NCBI RefSeq assembly: GCF_964204645.1
Contig: NC_134025.1
Location: forward strand, 16,467,101-16,531,100
Direction: 5' to 3'
DNA: 64,000 bases
Origin: Tubulanus polymorphus
Lineage: Eukaryota > Animalia > Nemertea
Positions 52,554-64,000 of the stretch are shown piece by piece. The notes beneath the pieces are model-generated. The model had not been told where the DNA came from. It made no database searches and saw nothing but the letters and a program-made list of their open reading frames with translations. Each line of letters begins with the position of its first letter. The first letter of the stretch is position 1. Both the position numbers and the translations under genes were made by a program.

Positions 52554-54159
52554 TCATGAATAATCATTTAAACTTTTATAGCAGAGGATGAGCGCTGTGT
52601 TTCCTGTTTGATAGAATTTGTAATAAATTGTAATTTCTTGTGACCTGAAAATACTGAGCAATAAACTAGGTCTAGGTCTGAATATTTTAGTGGTAAAATC
52701 CAGGATTTATAATGATCTACTTACATACGCTGAATTTTTACGGTACCGGTATTTTAGCTTCCGCAGCCATACATTGGAAGAGATTTCCAAGACTCAATAT
52801 TCTGCCACCCTCTGATTGGTGACATCATATGAATTTTATTCTAATATTTTTTCGTATTGTGAAAAATATTTTTTCAAAAATATGAAATTGTTTCCCTGCC
52901 GCGCCTTTATGTACCCTACGAAATGTTGAATGTGGACCGTAAACAATGTATATCTTTGGTCTTATTTGACTACAAAATAATTCTTTGAGAAAGATAAAAT
53001 ACAATATAAACTTATAGAACTTTGAAGTCACAAATTAAAAAGATTTTCATAAGTAATGCCCTTGCTCCAAACAACCTCTAGCTTATTCAAGGTAAACCAC
53101 ACATTGCCCTTGGTAGCTGTGGTAACCGATAACCAAAAAACACTTAACCAACATTCTTCCTATCCATTATCATAAATACATTTATTACTCTAGTCATAAA
53201 TTATCGAAATGATTTACTGCAATAAAAATGAACAAAAATACAATAAATCTCAGTTCTAAACATTTCTAGATAATAATCAAAATACGAAAAAGAGTACACA
53301 GCTAATGGATATTATATTAATTTAAATATAGACAGCTCATGATCAGGAGATCTGACTAGGATAGCACTCACATAACAAGTGTCTGTGGATAATGCCCAAA
53401 CCCATTATATGATATTTTGTATAGTATATAAGCTGCTTTATTGCGATCGATTTAGCATAGCCCTGGGAGCAGGACACATTAGATCTACTATTCATCAAAA
53501 ATCTAAATCCATGTATATACACCGAGTAGTGATAAGTAATGAAAAAGATAAAACCTAACCTCATAAGAAAACACAGGTTAACAAGTACAATCAACAATAC
53601 ATTGGTAATGAGAATTGTGCATAACAGTAGCCGCTTGAGAATATCAAGCAATTAACGATATCGGCTGCTTTGGCTACTTGCCAGTAGTGTACATTTAAAA
53701 ACAGTCACTCTAAAAAAGTCTACCTTTCGATTCAGTTGGTTTTTCTTAGTGACTGTTTGATAGTCTACTTCTGAAAAGTGAACGTTTTAAACATGTGGTT
53801 CCAATGGTGCGCGATAGCTGTAGAGGTGTGACTAAATCCACCTGATTGCAAAACCATCCGCAGTGACATTTTTGTAGTTTCTCTGACTGTAACAGCTACT
53901 CTCAAAACACATCGTTCATTTCTAAAAGTCATTTATTGAAAAGTAACCATTGTGAGATGGTATGATAATTTCCTGTTCAAAATAGTCACATCTGTGTAAG
54001 ATTTGCAGTGCATCTGTGTAAGATTTGCAGTAATACGTGACAGGTTCAAAGTACGGTTAAACCCACGATTGGTAGAACACTATATCCGTGTTGACGCGAT
54101 GAGGAGAGAATCCCACAATGATAATAAAAAGTCCGAAAATGAAACTTCGAGATAGTAGT

Positions 54160-54206
54160 TTATTTCAACGTTTCGACTATATCCTAATAGTCATCTTCAG
54201 GAATAA
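54160..54206 (-). ncRNA. Minimal type I hammerhead ribozyme (Penelope pLTR)
   Basis: Minus strand reads TTATTC-CTGAAGA-T-GACTAT-TAGGAT-ATAGTC-GAAAC-GTT-GAAATAA. Confidence 0.75.
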
Positions 54207-54218
54207 TGCATTCCTTCA

Positions 54219-54265
54219 TTATTCCTGAAGATGACTATTAGGATATAGTCGAAACGTTGAAATAA
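54219..54265 (+). ncRNA. Minimal type I hammerhead ribozyme (Penelope pLTR)
   Basis: CUGANGA and GAAA core boxes, 6-bp stem II, palindromic AACGTT stem III, and stem I TTATTC/GAAATAA. Confidence 0.75.
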
Positions 54266-54512
54266 ACTACTATCTCGAAGTTTCATTTTCGGACTTTTTA
54301 TTATCATTGTGGGATTCTCTCCTCATCACGGTTAAACCCAATTTTCTTGTTAGAACAATAGGACCTACAATTCTTGATTGATCATCATGAATTTCAGTGT
54401 GAGGATTGGGGGCAGATGAGTCCACCCCTATTCAAAATAGAGATTATCAGTCAACAAATATGGTCACCAGGACAGCCATCTTGACTTTCTTAGCGAAATA
54501 CAGCGTATAATT

Positions 54513-57500
54513 TGTTGAGAAGCGAACAAGTGTAATACGTAAAACTTTCATTGATTAAACTAATGACATTTTAATGCCTGCGCTACACTTTATCTAGACT
54601 TTCTGACGAGTTCACATGATGATGATGAATGTTTGATATAATTATTGGTAATAGGTTTTGAAGATAAAATGATAAGAATTTAGTATATTAGAGCAGTTCA
54701 AGTAGTCGAAATTTATACATAACAGAAGCAGTTATAAAGCAGTACAGCAGATTTTAAGCAGAACACAGAAATTTTCTTGTGGTTAGTTTGTCGTATAGCC
54801 ATAAGAAACTGGTAGGAGAGCGTAGTTGAACCGAAGTACAGAAGACAAAGAAGAAAAAGATGTCAAGTCAAGAAAATACTGTAGCAGAAACAAGTGAAGT
54901 GAACGGAACTTTACTACTAGAGATCGAACTTCTGAAGCAGAAGAAATCAAGAGGAAAGGCTGCCCTAACACGGATTCGGCACAACATTGAAGAGGCTGTC
55001 CATAACAACAAAGAGCGGACCAGAATACGAGAATTCCTCCACAAATATGACGAGAAGCGGGAAGATGTTCTAGGAGTCATGATAGAGTTAAGTGAAAAAT
55101 ATGTGGTCAGCAGAGATCAACAAAGTGTGATGAAAATGTCGAAAGAAATAGAAGAAATAGAAGTCTACGCCGAAGAAATGTTAGATATGGTAACACGTCA
55201 TCTACATCAGAGAGAAAATGAGCCATCGAGTATGATAGCCCTGAGCCGAGAAGAGGTAATGGATGGGGACGACGATGAAGTTTTAAGCCAGCATACCACG
55301 GCGAGCGAGATTCAATCCGTTGCCGCAGGACAAGTAGTTACTTTGGGCCATGATATGTGGAAGCAACTCAAGAGAGTTTCTATCCCTGTATTCAATGGCG
55401 ATAGAAAAACATATGCTGATTGGAAAGCAGCATTTATGGCGTGTATTGAAAGCGCACCTGCCACAGCTGAGTATAAATTACTACAGCTGCATCAGTACTT
55501 ATCAGGAGATGCATTGAAATGCATAGAAAGTTTAGGACATTCAGCAGCAGCTTACCAGACAGCGAAAGAACGTCTAGAAAGAAAGTTTTGAGGAAAAAGG
55601 CGGCAGGTAGCAATATACAAAGAAGAACTCAATAACTTCTGTCCAATCAGGTACGGAAATGCCTGGGATCTAGAGAAGCTCGCAGTCTTACTAGATGTTG
55701 CCGTGGTAAACCTAAAAGAAGCCGGAAAAGAATCAGAACTGGGCGAAGGTTCTCTGTACCACAGTCTACAAAGAAAATTACCAGAACAGATGGTATCGAG
55801 ATACCATAGATGGGTGTTCGAGAAGTCTAAACCAGAGTCAGTAGAAACGCTGCGAACATGGATCAACCAAGAAGTGGACTTTCAAACAATAGCTCATGAA
55901 ACTGTCAAAGGTGTGTCTGCTGAAAATCAGTATAACTCAAATGTCAGTAGAAAGCCGCGCACGATGTTTGTTGGTAACAGTGGTCCAGGAAGAGGATGCA
56001 GTGTTTGTGGGACGAATCATCCCATATGGCAATGTGAAGATTTCAAAAAAATGAATATTGATGATAGATGGAACCATGCGAAGAAAAGCAAATTATGCTT
56101 CCGATGTCTTGTAGAAGGTCACCGGGGAACAAGGTGTAAAGCGACCCAGATTTGCGGAGTCAACAAATGTAAAGATACACACAACCGATTGTTGCATAGA
56201 GAAAAACTAATAAACGCCGACGCACCTAGAGCGAGCTACTGCCAGAGCGCTGCCACGGAAGGGGAGTGTTGCAACACGCAGCCATCAGAAGATGTAAGCT
56301 TGATAACTCAGAACACCAGATGCAACTGCATAACCATGAGAACAGTACCAGTGATTTTGAAAAATGGTGAGAAGAAACTTCGAGTCAACGCCTTACTAGA
56401 CGATGCAAGCACCAAAACATACCTGAACAGATACGTAGCTGCAGAACTAGGGCTGAGAGGGTCGATGGAAAAAATAACGGTAAACGTTATCAATGGACAT
56501 ACGGAGACGTTTATAACTACACCAGTAGAAGTACAGTTAGAGAGTGTGAACGGACAGGTAGATACCCTAGTCAGTGTATACACCACGGATAGAGTAACAG
56601 GCCAGATGAAAGCAGTTGACTGGAACGGCTATAGAGATAAGTGGAATCATCTGAAAGGCATACAGTTCCCACGTTTAGGAAAACGACCTATTGTAGACAT
56701 GTTAATAGGTATAGACAACATTGAACTACGTTATTCGTATAGAGATATACGCTGAAGATCGAAAGAGCCAGTGGCAAGATTAACACCACTTGGGTGGACT
56801 TGTATTGGTTGTCCATCAGGAAAAACGGATGGAACAACGAATATTCAGACAAACTTTGTAAGTACATACTTCAGCAAAGCCGATCAAGAACTTAGTTCAT
56901 CAGTTGAGAAGTTCTGGGAAATAGAGAACTTTGGGTCCACAAAAGAAATCCTAAGTCAAAAAGATCAACAGGCGCTCAAGACAGTGGAAGGGTCGCTAAC
57001 ATACCAAGAAGGGCGTTATGAAGTAGCAGTACCATGGAAGGGTGAAGTAAGAAAACTTGAAGACAATTACCAGGTTGCACTCAAACTTCTTGAGAACACA
57101 GAAAGTCGGTTGAGAAGAAATCCAGAAATAGCAGAGGCGTATAAAACGACGATCCAGAAATACATAGAGAAGAAATACATAGAAAAGATACCTAAAAGAG
57201 AAGACACCAGCAGAGGTCATTGGTATTTACCACATTTTCCAGTGATTCGTCCAGGTAGGTCAACGACAAAAACAAGAATAGTTTTTTATACTTCAGCGAA
57301 GTTTGCAGGCACATCACTCAACGATACGATCTATCAAGGGCCAAAGCTACAGCGAGACTTGTTTGACGTGTTGTTGAGATTCAGAAGATATCCGATAGCT
57401 ATTGTGTGTGACATCGCAGAGATGTACCTTCAAATATCTGTAGCACCTGAAGATAGGCCATACCACAGATTCCTATGGCGGGACCTGCAGACGAACAAGC

Positions 57501-57526
57501 CACCAGATGTATATGAGTTTAATTAA
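54513..57526 (+). mobile_element. 3'-truncated BEL/Pao LTR retrotransposon
   Basis: Probable LTR at ~54513-54806 and PBS-like TGGTAGGAGAGCG (tRNA-iMet-like). Gag 54860-55591 with downstream Cys-His knuckles, protease LLDDAS, RT N-half (WYLPHFPV, DIAEMYLQI). In-frame TGA stops at 55589 and 56753. Ends abruptly within RT. Confidence 0.9.
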
Positions 57527-59734
57527 GACATTTTTTTTTGATATTTTCCGTCTTTATTTTGATCTAATTGTCAGTAAAAAATCAGTCTTCTCCCATCAGT
57601 TGAATTCAATCAAATAGTTTTCACTATTTTTCATTTGTTCTGCTCATAATCTCTAATCTAGACTACCAATGTTTAATTTTGATGCTGATTAAACATACAC
57701 TCATGTAAATTTTGGTTCATATTAAGAATTTCGTTTCTTGTTAAATCTTTTGCCAGATACCCTGTTATCAATACGCATAAATACGCTGTAGTAACATATG
57801 GTTCTGATATTTGTAGTGATACGTAACAATAGACATAAACTCTATGCTGATGCTATAGTTAGGGGCAGAGTTGTATCTAGAGTGACTAGTTCAGATCTGA
57901 AGTTTCTGAAGATACTCTGTGAGGATGTGAAATGTAATGACCGATTTCCAACTCCGATTAATGATTACAATTGAGATTAATGTTGAAATTGTTAACAAAT
58001 TGTCATTAGTTATAAAGTTATGAGATAAATTCCCTTTTCATGGCAATATTAATTCAATGAAGAATTCGATTTGAAGCAATTTTCATGCAAAGGTCTGGCA
58101 TTTATTTTTGAATTCTTAAATTAGGAAGCAATCATTAATTCAGGCAAACCACTCAAACCAATTCAGGCACACCTTTAAGATAATGGATTATTTTTAATGG
58201 GAGTCTGGGGGTATTAAACACACCTGCAGATTTCCCAGGTTTATTTCCTAATTGCTAATTTGGGAGTCTGGATATTGAAGAAATTCATTTTCAGTGCTGT
58301 TATCAAAATAAACCGTTATTAGAATTAACTAGCCATTAAACACGTGCATTTGTTGCTTGCGCATTCATTTATTGACTTCGTCATATGTCAACGGAGTCTT
58401 CATAATGGCTCTGGAGACCTTTTTGCAAATAACTTGCTCACAAAATGCCGTGCACGTAAACTCATCTGTTGTACCATACACTTACGTTATGTGATAAGTG
58501 CCATTCAAAATAGAACCAAACAGAGATACTTCCTGTTAGGTAGTAATTAGGGTTTTCTGTTACATCACAGAAAACCCTATTTAGATTCGCGTGTTTCTTC
58601 TTATTATTATTTTGTCACACTATTTTCACTAAAAGAACTAAGGCTTTGTTACCTTGCCGCTGTTGTCGATACAATCCATATGATATCGTTCACCTCACTG
58701 AGATCTACAAATACTCTGCGTGTTTTTTCACGAATCATTGTTACAAAAGCACTGTGGGGTGTAAACATCGAAAATTTAGCCCCATTCAATGGGGCGACAT
58801 GTTTTTCGAGTCGTCATCCCGAAATCAACCCGCAGGCCGATTGTCACTTGGATTATCAATTCAAGTATAAATGAACTAATTTATTGCCGCAGACTTCACA
58901 TTCAGCCGCGGTCTTCAAACAGTGATTTTAACAATAGCCCATTTTCCTCATCAAATCATATTACCGATACTCTGGAAATTTACTACTTTAGATTTTAAAA
59001 GCACTGTCGAGCCGTAAACATCGATGAATCGACGTGTGTTTATTGCATCGTACATCGTCGTTCCGGGGATCAGCTGCGAGTTTCTCCTCATCATGAGAAT
59101 CAAATCGAGTACAAATTAATTTATTACTACCAGTGATTTGGCTGCGGGTTTCAAGGAGTTAGTTTAACAATACCTATTTTTCTTTACCGAATTAACCGTT
59201 TATTTACCTCGATAAATCTTTAGTGTACCGGGGATTCGTAGGCCTAAACTAAACACGCTGAAGATATATAGCGGAGAAAAGCTGTTATGTCTACGAGGTA
59301 TCAAAATAAAAGAATGTATTACTTTATTCGGCCGCGGGCTTCAACCTCTATATCAATACCATCAATACTCTATATTTCCTACAGTACATACCGATCATTG
59401 TCAAATGCACAAGGTATTTACTAAATACAAGTATATAACACACTCCTATCCGTATGCTGGACTCACACTTGACATTCGGAGTAAGCGTTCGCTGTGGAGG
59501 AAAGGAGATCGTTCGCTGTGTCGCTTGAAGATTTAACGAGTTTTACGCGACCTTAAGGCTTAGGCCTACCGGTACTGACCTTTACTGTCTCAAACACAGT
59601 ATAATTGTTGCGTTTATTAACGGACTCATTGGATTGAACACGATTGGTAGAACACTATATCCGTGTTGACGCGTTGAGGAGAGAATCCCACAATGATAAT
59701 AAAAAGTCCGAAAATGAAACTTCGAGATAGTAGT

Positions 59735-59781
59735 TTATTTCAACGTTTCGACTATATCCTAATAGTCATCTTCAGGAATAA
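59735..59781 (-). ncRNA. Minimal hammerhead ribozyme in the 3' pLTR
   Basis: Same motif as 54219-54265, in the sense orientation of the Penelope ORF. Confidence 0.75.
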
Positions 59782-60093
59782 TGAGATACTACAGAAATTA
59801 TGAGATATATATATACAATCCAGAGACAAAGAGACTAATTCAAGTAATCAAAGATGATACAAACTAAAGGAAAATTAACGTAGAAACAGTTACACGCTAA
59901 AGTAGATTAAAGGGAAGCAAACTAAGGGGGTAATTATAAACAACAATAGTGAGTATAAATATAAATGAAACTTAAAGTCAGTAGTAAAAAGAAAGACAAA
60001 CTAGGGGGCACTTAAATTAAAACAAAGGTGAAAACAAGTTAAGTCAGAGACGAAATTGATGAGAGAACAAATAACAAATAATCAAAGGGGAAA

Positions 60094-61850
60094 TCAAGTG
60101 TTGAGTTTAACCAGTTTACAGAGGAATTTTGACATAAGTTTATTATGGGGTGAAAAACCATTGTTAAGGGTTACAACGTTGTTCGAATTTTCAATAATTA
60201 ATGCAGATTCCAAAATATGTCTTCTAGTTTTATCGCTGCAAGGGTAAATTAGTTCACCATTAGCAAAATCAAAATTGTGTGAAGTCTGAAAAACATGACT
60301 AGTAACTCCGCTTTCAGGTTTAAAGTTTTTTACATCTAATTTATGCTCTTTTATGCGTTGATTGAGGTTCCGACCTGTTTCTCCTATATATACTTTGTCG
60401 CAAACTTTACAAGGTATTTTATAAATTCCACAGTTTAGCGATTCGGTTTTCGGTTTGTTATTAATCAATATGTTACTAAGTTTATTATTGTATTTAAAGA
60501 TAAGTTGTTTATTTAGTGACCGAAGAGAAACTTTAGAATTCTCGAGGAAAGGTACATACGGTACAATGATAGGCTGTTTATCGGTAGCCAACGTAGGAGT
60601 TCTAAAGTTGTTATTTCTAAAATGCGTAGTACGAGCTTTAATTAGAGCTTTTTTCAATAGGAAATCGGGGTAGGCAAGTTTTTTGAGAGATTGGTTAATA
60701 TGTTGAATTTCATCGGGTAGAAATGAGGGGTCGCAAATTCTCAAAGCGCGAAGAAATAATCCTTGAGCTAAACGGAGTTTAATATCCGGAGAAGTAAAAG
60801 AGAAGTAATGGAGGTAGGATTCAGCGTTGGTAGGTTTCCTATAAACCGCGAATTTCAAAAAGGATCCACAGTTAAAAATCAAAACATCCAGAAAAGGTAT
60901 TTTACTATTAGATTCCCATTCATACGTAAAAGCCAGAGACGGGTAAAGGGAGTTTAAGTATATAAGAAAGTTATCAACATTGAAGTCAAAGGGAACCAAA
61001 GCCAGAACATCGTCAACATATCTGAGCCAGATTTTAGGGTGAATATCAGTATAAAGAGGCAATATTTCAGATTCAACATGTTCTAGGAATAAATTAGCTA
61101 GAATAGGACTAAGAGGATTTCCCATAGCGATACCGAATGTCTGTTCGTAAAAACAATTGTTGAATTCAAAAAAGGAGTCCGTCGTACAAATAGAGATAAG
61201 GTCGATACAATCCGTAGAAATGCCGAAGTTAATATTAAGTGATGGTAATCTGCGTTTTAAGAAATCAAGAGTAGGTCCAAGAGGAACATTGGTAAAAAGG
61301 GAAGTAACATCAAATGATATAAATTTGTCGTTGCCAGGGATAATATTCTTAATACGTTCAAGTAAGTGTTGATTATGGCGAAGGTGCGACGGAGAGAACG
61401 AACCGAGCACCGGAGATAACTGTTTCACGAGAAATGGAGAAACGGTATGTAGGAGAATTACAATTGGAGACTATAGGGCGCAGTGGAACATTATCTTTAT
61501 GAATTTAAGGCAATCCATAGATATATGGTAAAGAGGGGAGACGTGAATGGAACTTATTCAGAGTTTCTTTAGCGGAGGGGAAACGTTTAATAATATCCGA
61601 AAGACTTCTGTTGAAATTAGCTTGCATACGAGGAAGAGGATTCGATTTAAGTTTCTTATAAACACCAGGATTATCCAAGAGAGATTGCATTTTAACATTA
61701 TAATCATCCAGATCTAAAATCACAATCTTGCCACCTTTATCAGCCTTAGATATTTTAATAGTCTTTAACTTCCGTAGTTCTTGGAGGGCGAGCCGAAATC
61801 GACGAGGTAGATATTCAAAGAGGTTCCTGTTGAGTTGATCGCAAATAGCC
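60094..61850 (-). pseudogene. Penelope RT + GIY-YIG endonuclease (long open part 60094-61428)
   Basis: Motifs KADKG, GLP*IHK, SFDVTSLFTNVP, GIAMGNPLSP, RYVDD, PFLDV, YRKPT and GIYKIPCKVCDKVYIGETGR..RIKEH..LES. Stop at ~61505 and frameshift at ~61440. Confidence 0.93.
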
Positions 61851-62069
61851 TGTCTTTCTTTTTACTACTGACTTTAAGTTTCATTTATATTTATACTCAC
61901 TATTGTTGTTTATAATGACCCCCTTAGTTTGCTTCCCTTTAATCTACTTTAGCGTGTAACTGTTTCTACGTTAATTTTCCTTTAGTTTGTATCATCTCTG
62001 ATTACTTGAATTAGTCTCTTTGTCTCTGGATTGTATATATATATCTCTCATAATTTCTGTAGTATCTCA

Positions 62070-62116
62070 TTATTCCTGAAGATGACTATTAGGATATAGT
62101 CGAAATGTTGAAATAA
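62070..62116 (+). ncRNA. Hammerhead ribozyme variant in the inverted pLTR (stem III C>T)
   Basis: CTGAAGATGACTATTAGGATATAGTCGAAATGTTG; the stem III palindrome is weakened. Confidence 0.55.
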
Positions 62117-62498
62117 ACTACTATCTCGAAGTTTCATCATTGGATTGAACTTCAAAACAAAATTTACGATATTCAGGAGGGTTGTTATTCTATAGGCCTA
62201 CGACCAATCCGTCCGGATGTTAGGCCTACGCATATACATAGGCTTACATAGGCTAGTAGCCTCTACTAGGTTAAAGCTAAGTTCACTGTAAAGGAGGAAT
62301 CAGATTTATTAAAATGCATGTTAATTAGTGATTAACTGGTTCTGACTTGCGACGATCAATCACAATTATCAATTTTATTGGCAAAAATGAAGTTTTTTTG
62401 AAAATTTCGTCTGAGCAGACAGCTTTATAAGCCAGACTTTTCATTTGAATTTTTTCATCATAAATGGAACAGGTATTTCATTAATTGCTAATGACTTA

Positions 62499-62802
62499 AG
62501 CCGGACGTAGGTCGGCTTTGCGACGGCTTGTGACTCACTGCAACGCCATTCACTGCGACTGCCAGCGACGATTGTGTCGCAACGACTCATCGACATATGC
62601 TCCCTTGCGACAGTCACAAGGAGTCGCACGTGTTCTACTTTCTGCGACGCGACACGGCTGTCACAACCGACCTACGCGCTCTTGCGACTGGAGAAACTAG
62701 TCGCACACAGTCGCTGACAATCGTATCGCAACGGACTTGCAGCGAAACTTGCGATGCAACACGAGGATCGCATCGCGTCGCAAGGCCGACCTACGTCCGG
62801 CT
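62499..62802. mobile_element. PIF/Harbinger (Tourist-like) MITE
   Basis: TIR AGCCGGACGTAGGTCGGC(T/C)TTGCGACG. TTA TSD on both sides. Many internal GCGAC/GTCGC repeats. Confidence 0.9.
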
Positions 62803-64000
62803 TTAAGTAACTGTGGAGCCCCAGAAATATCTTTTTTTCGTTCATAAGACCTTTCGCTTGATAATCCTTTCATCGGAACAAAATCTATTTCGTTCGAATC
62901 AATAATATTCTGTTCAATTGAACCAATTTGAACAAATCGTTAGAACAAAGTTGAAAAAACTTTTTTTTGTCCAAACGAAAGGTTTTTCGTTCGAACAATC
63001 ATTCGATCGAACGGAATCGTTTTAATTTTGAACAGAATTTTCTTGTCAAAAGCATTAAGTTTTTCGTTCGAACAAGTATATTGTAAAAAGTTTTTTCTTC
63101 GAACCAAAAGTATTAAGTATTTCGTTCAATCGAACAGAATTGTTTTCTCTCTGGTTTTTTCTCTCAACCAAATTTTTTTGCCGGGACAAAAAGTTCTTCA
63201 TTTCAACAAACATAGCTTTTTATTCGAACACATTTTTGTCAGAATGAAGAAAAGTTTTGGTTCAAACAAAAAGCGTATTGTTCGATCAAACAGAATTGTT
63301 TTCATTCGAACAAGATTTTCTTGTCGGAACATTAAGTTTTTTGGTCGAACGGCGTGTTAAGGTCGTTTTGGAAATTTACTCGGTATATTTTGGATTACAG
63401 TGTATGTCAGGACATTAAACAGAAGACGACTTAGGATACTACTTTGCGTGACTCCACTAGTTAGACCGACTTATTCCAAGATTCTGTTGATTTCGGCTAC
63501 AAGTTTTTGTTCAGAGATAACTGCTGAGCCATTTGAGTGACCTATCATTGACACCGCTTTCTAATAGCCTGTTTAGTAATGGCTGATGTTGAACCTTATC
63601 AAATGCTTTGTCAAAATCCACCGTTGAACAGGATTCAAGACTGTGCAGAAAACCCGTTATCGCTGCTATGCAGCTATATTGAGCATTCAAAGTTTGGTAT
63701 TTTTTCGTGATATTATGTTCCATCCGGAAAATTAATACCTTCATTGTGTGGAGATCACTTGGGCTCTTTCAGCTTATCTCTGCTCTTCAACGGTTCAGAC
63801 CGCAGCCTACATAATCACGCTTTTGGCGTCATTATGAGAAAGCTGCGCTCTGATTGGTTGTGTAGGGAATACACTCAGCAGCTGGGGTATTCCCCAAAAA
63901 ACCAGTTTAGATGAACACAAAATTGCACGTGGGATACACGCCATTTTGACATCTTGGGTAAGTGCAGTTCATCTTTTTTGCTGAATATGATAGAATTATC

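Larger units (their letters stand above)
54065..54327. mobile_element. Miniature Penelope insertion made only of inverted pLTR fragments
   Basis: Sequence matches the pLTR at 59640-59783. Perfect 111-bp arms (54098-54208 and 54217-54327). 12-13-bp TSD ACGGTTAAACCC(A). Confidence 0.9.
59640..62136 (-). mobile_element. Penelope-like element, 5'-truncated, flanked by inverted pLTRs
   Basis: 14-bp TSD TCATTGGATTGAAC at 59626-59639 and 62137-62150. Region 61851-62136 is the inverse of 59714-59998. RT + GIY-YIG ORF inside. Confidence 0.95.
58545..63680 (+). mobile_element. HINE family B, copy 2, interrupted by Penelope and a MITE
   Basis: 5' TAGGGTTTTCTGTTACATCACAGAAAACCCTA hairpin followed by (TAT)n. 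TTCGAAC array at 62830-63350 and RT remnant at 63410-63625. 3' end GCAGAAAACCCGTTATCGCTGCTATGCAGCTATATT. Confidence 0.7.

Noticed and set aside
53706-54010. CACTA/CMC-like MITE (CACTCTAAAA ... TTTGCAGTG)
   Set aside because: The termini match poorly and there is no convincing TSD.

Overview
Animal (bilaterian invertebrate-like, AT-rich) genomic DNA, not prokaryotic. The only host gene I can identify is a + strand KCNQ1-type (Kv7.1) voltage-gated potassium channel. Six GT-AG exons (15373-43068) encode S2 through S6 and the start of helix A. Five have the same size as human KCNQ1 exons 3-8 (recalled values); the exon 6 equivalent is one codon longer. The upstream exons and the exon after helix A were not found. 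Nearly everything else is transposon-derived intron: two Penelope-like RT/GIY-YIG elements and a mini palindromic pLTR insertion carrying minimal hammerhead ribozymes; three BEL/Pao LTR elements; a CR1/L2-group LINE whose zinc-knuckle plus SGNH-esterase ORF1 is split by a non-autonomous piggyBac; a hAT 3' end; a 1.1-kb foldback element; several MITEs; and many nested Helentron-associated (DINE-1/HINE-like) elements. These HINEs carry unusual cargo: a tRNA-Ser-like Pol III cassette, a LINE RT fragment, and satellite units with CTCF- and YY1-like motifs. All coordinates were read by eye. Family assignments come from motif recognition, not database searches.
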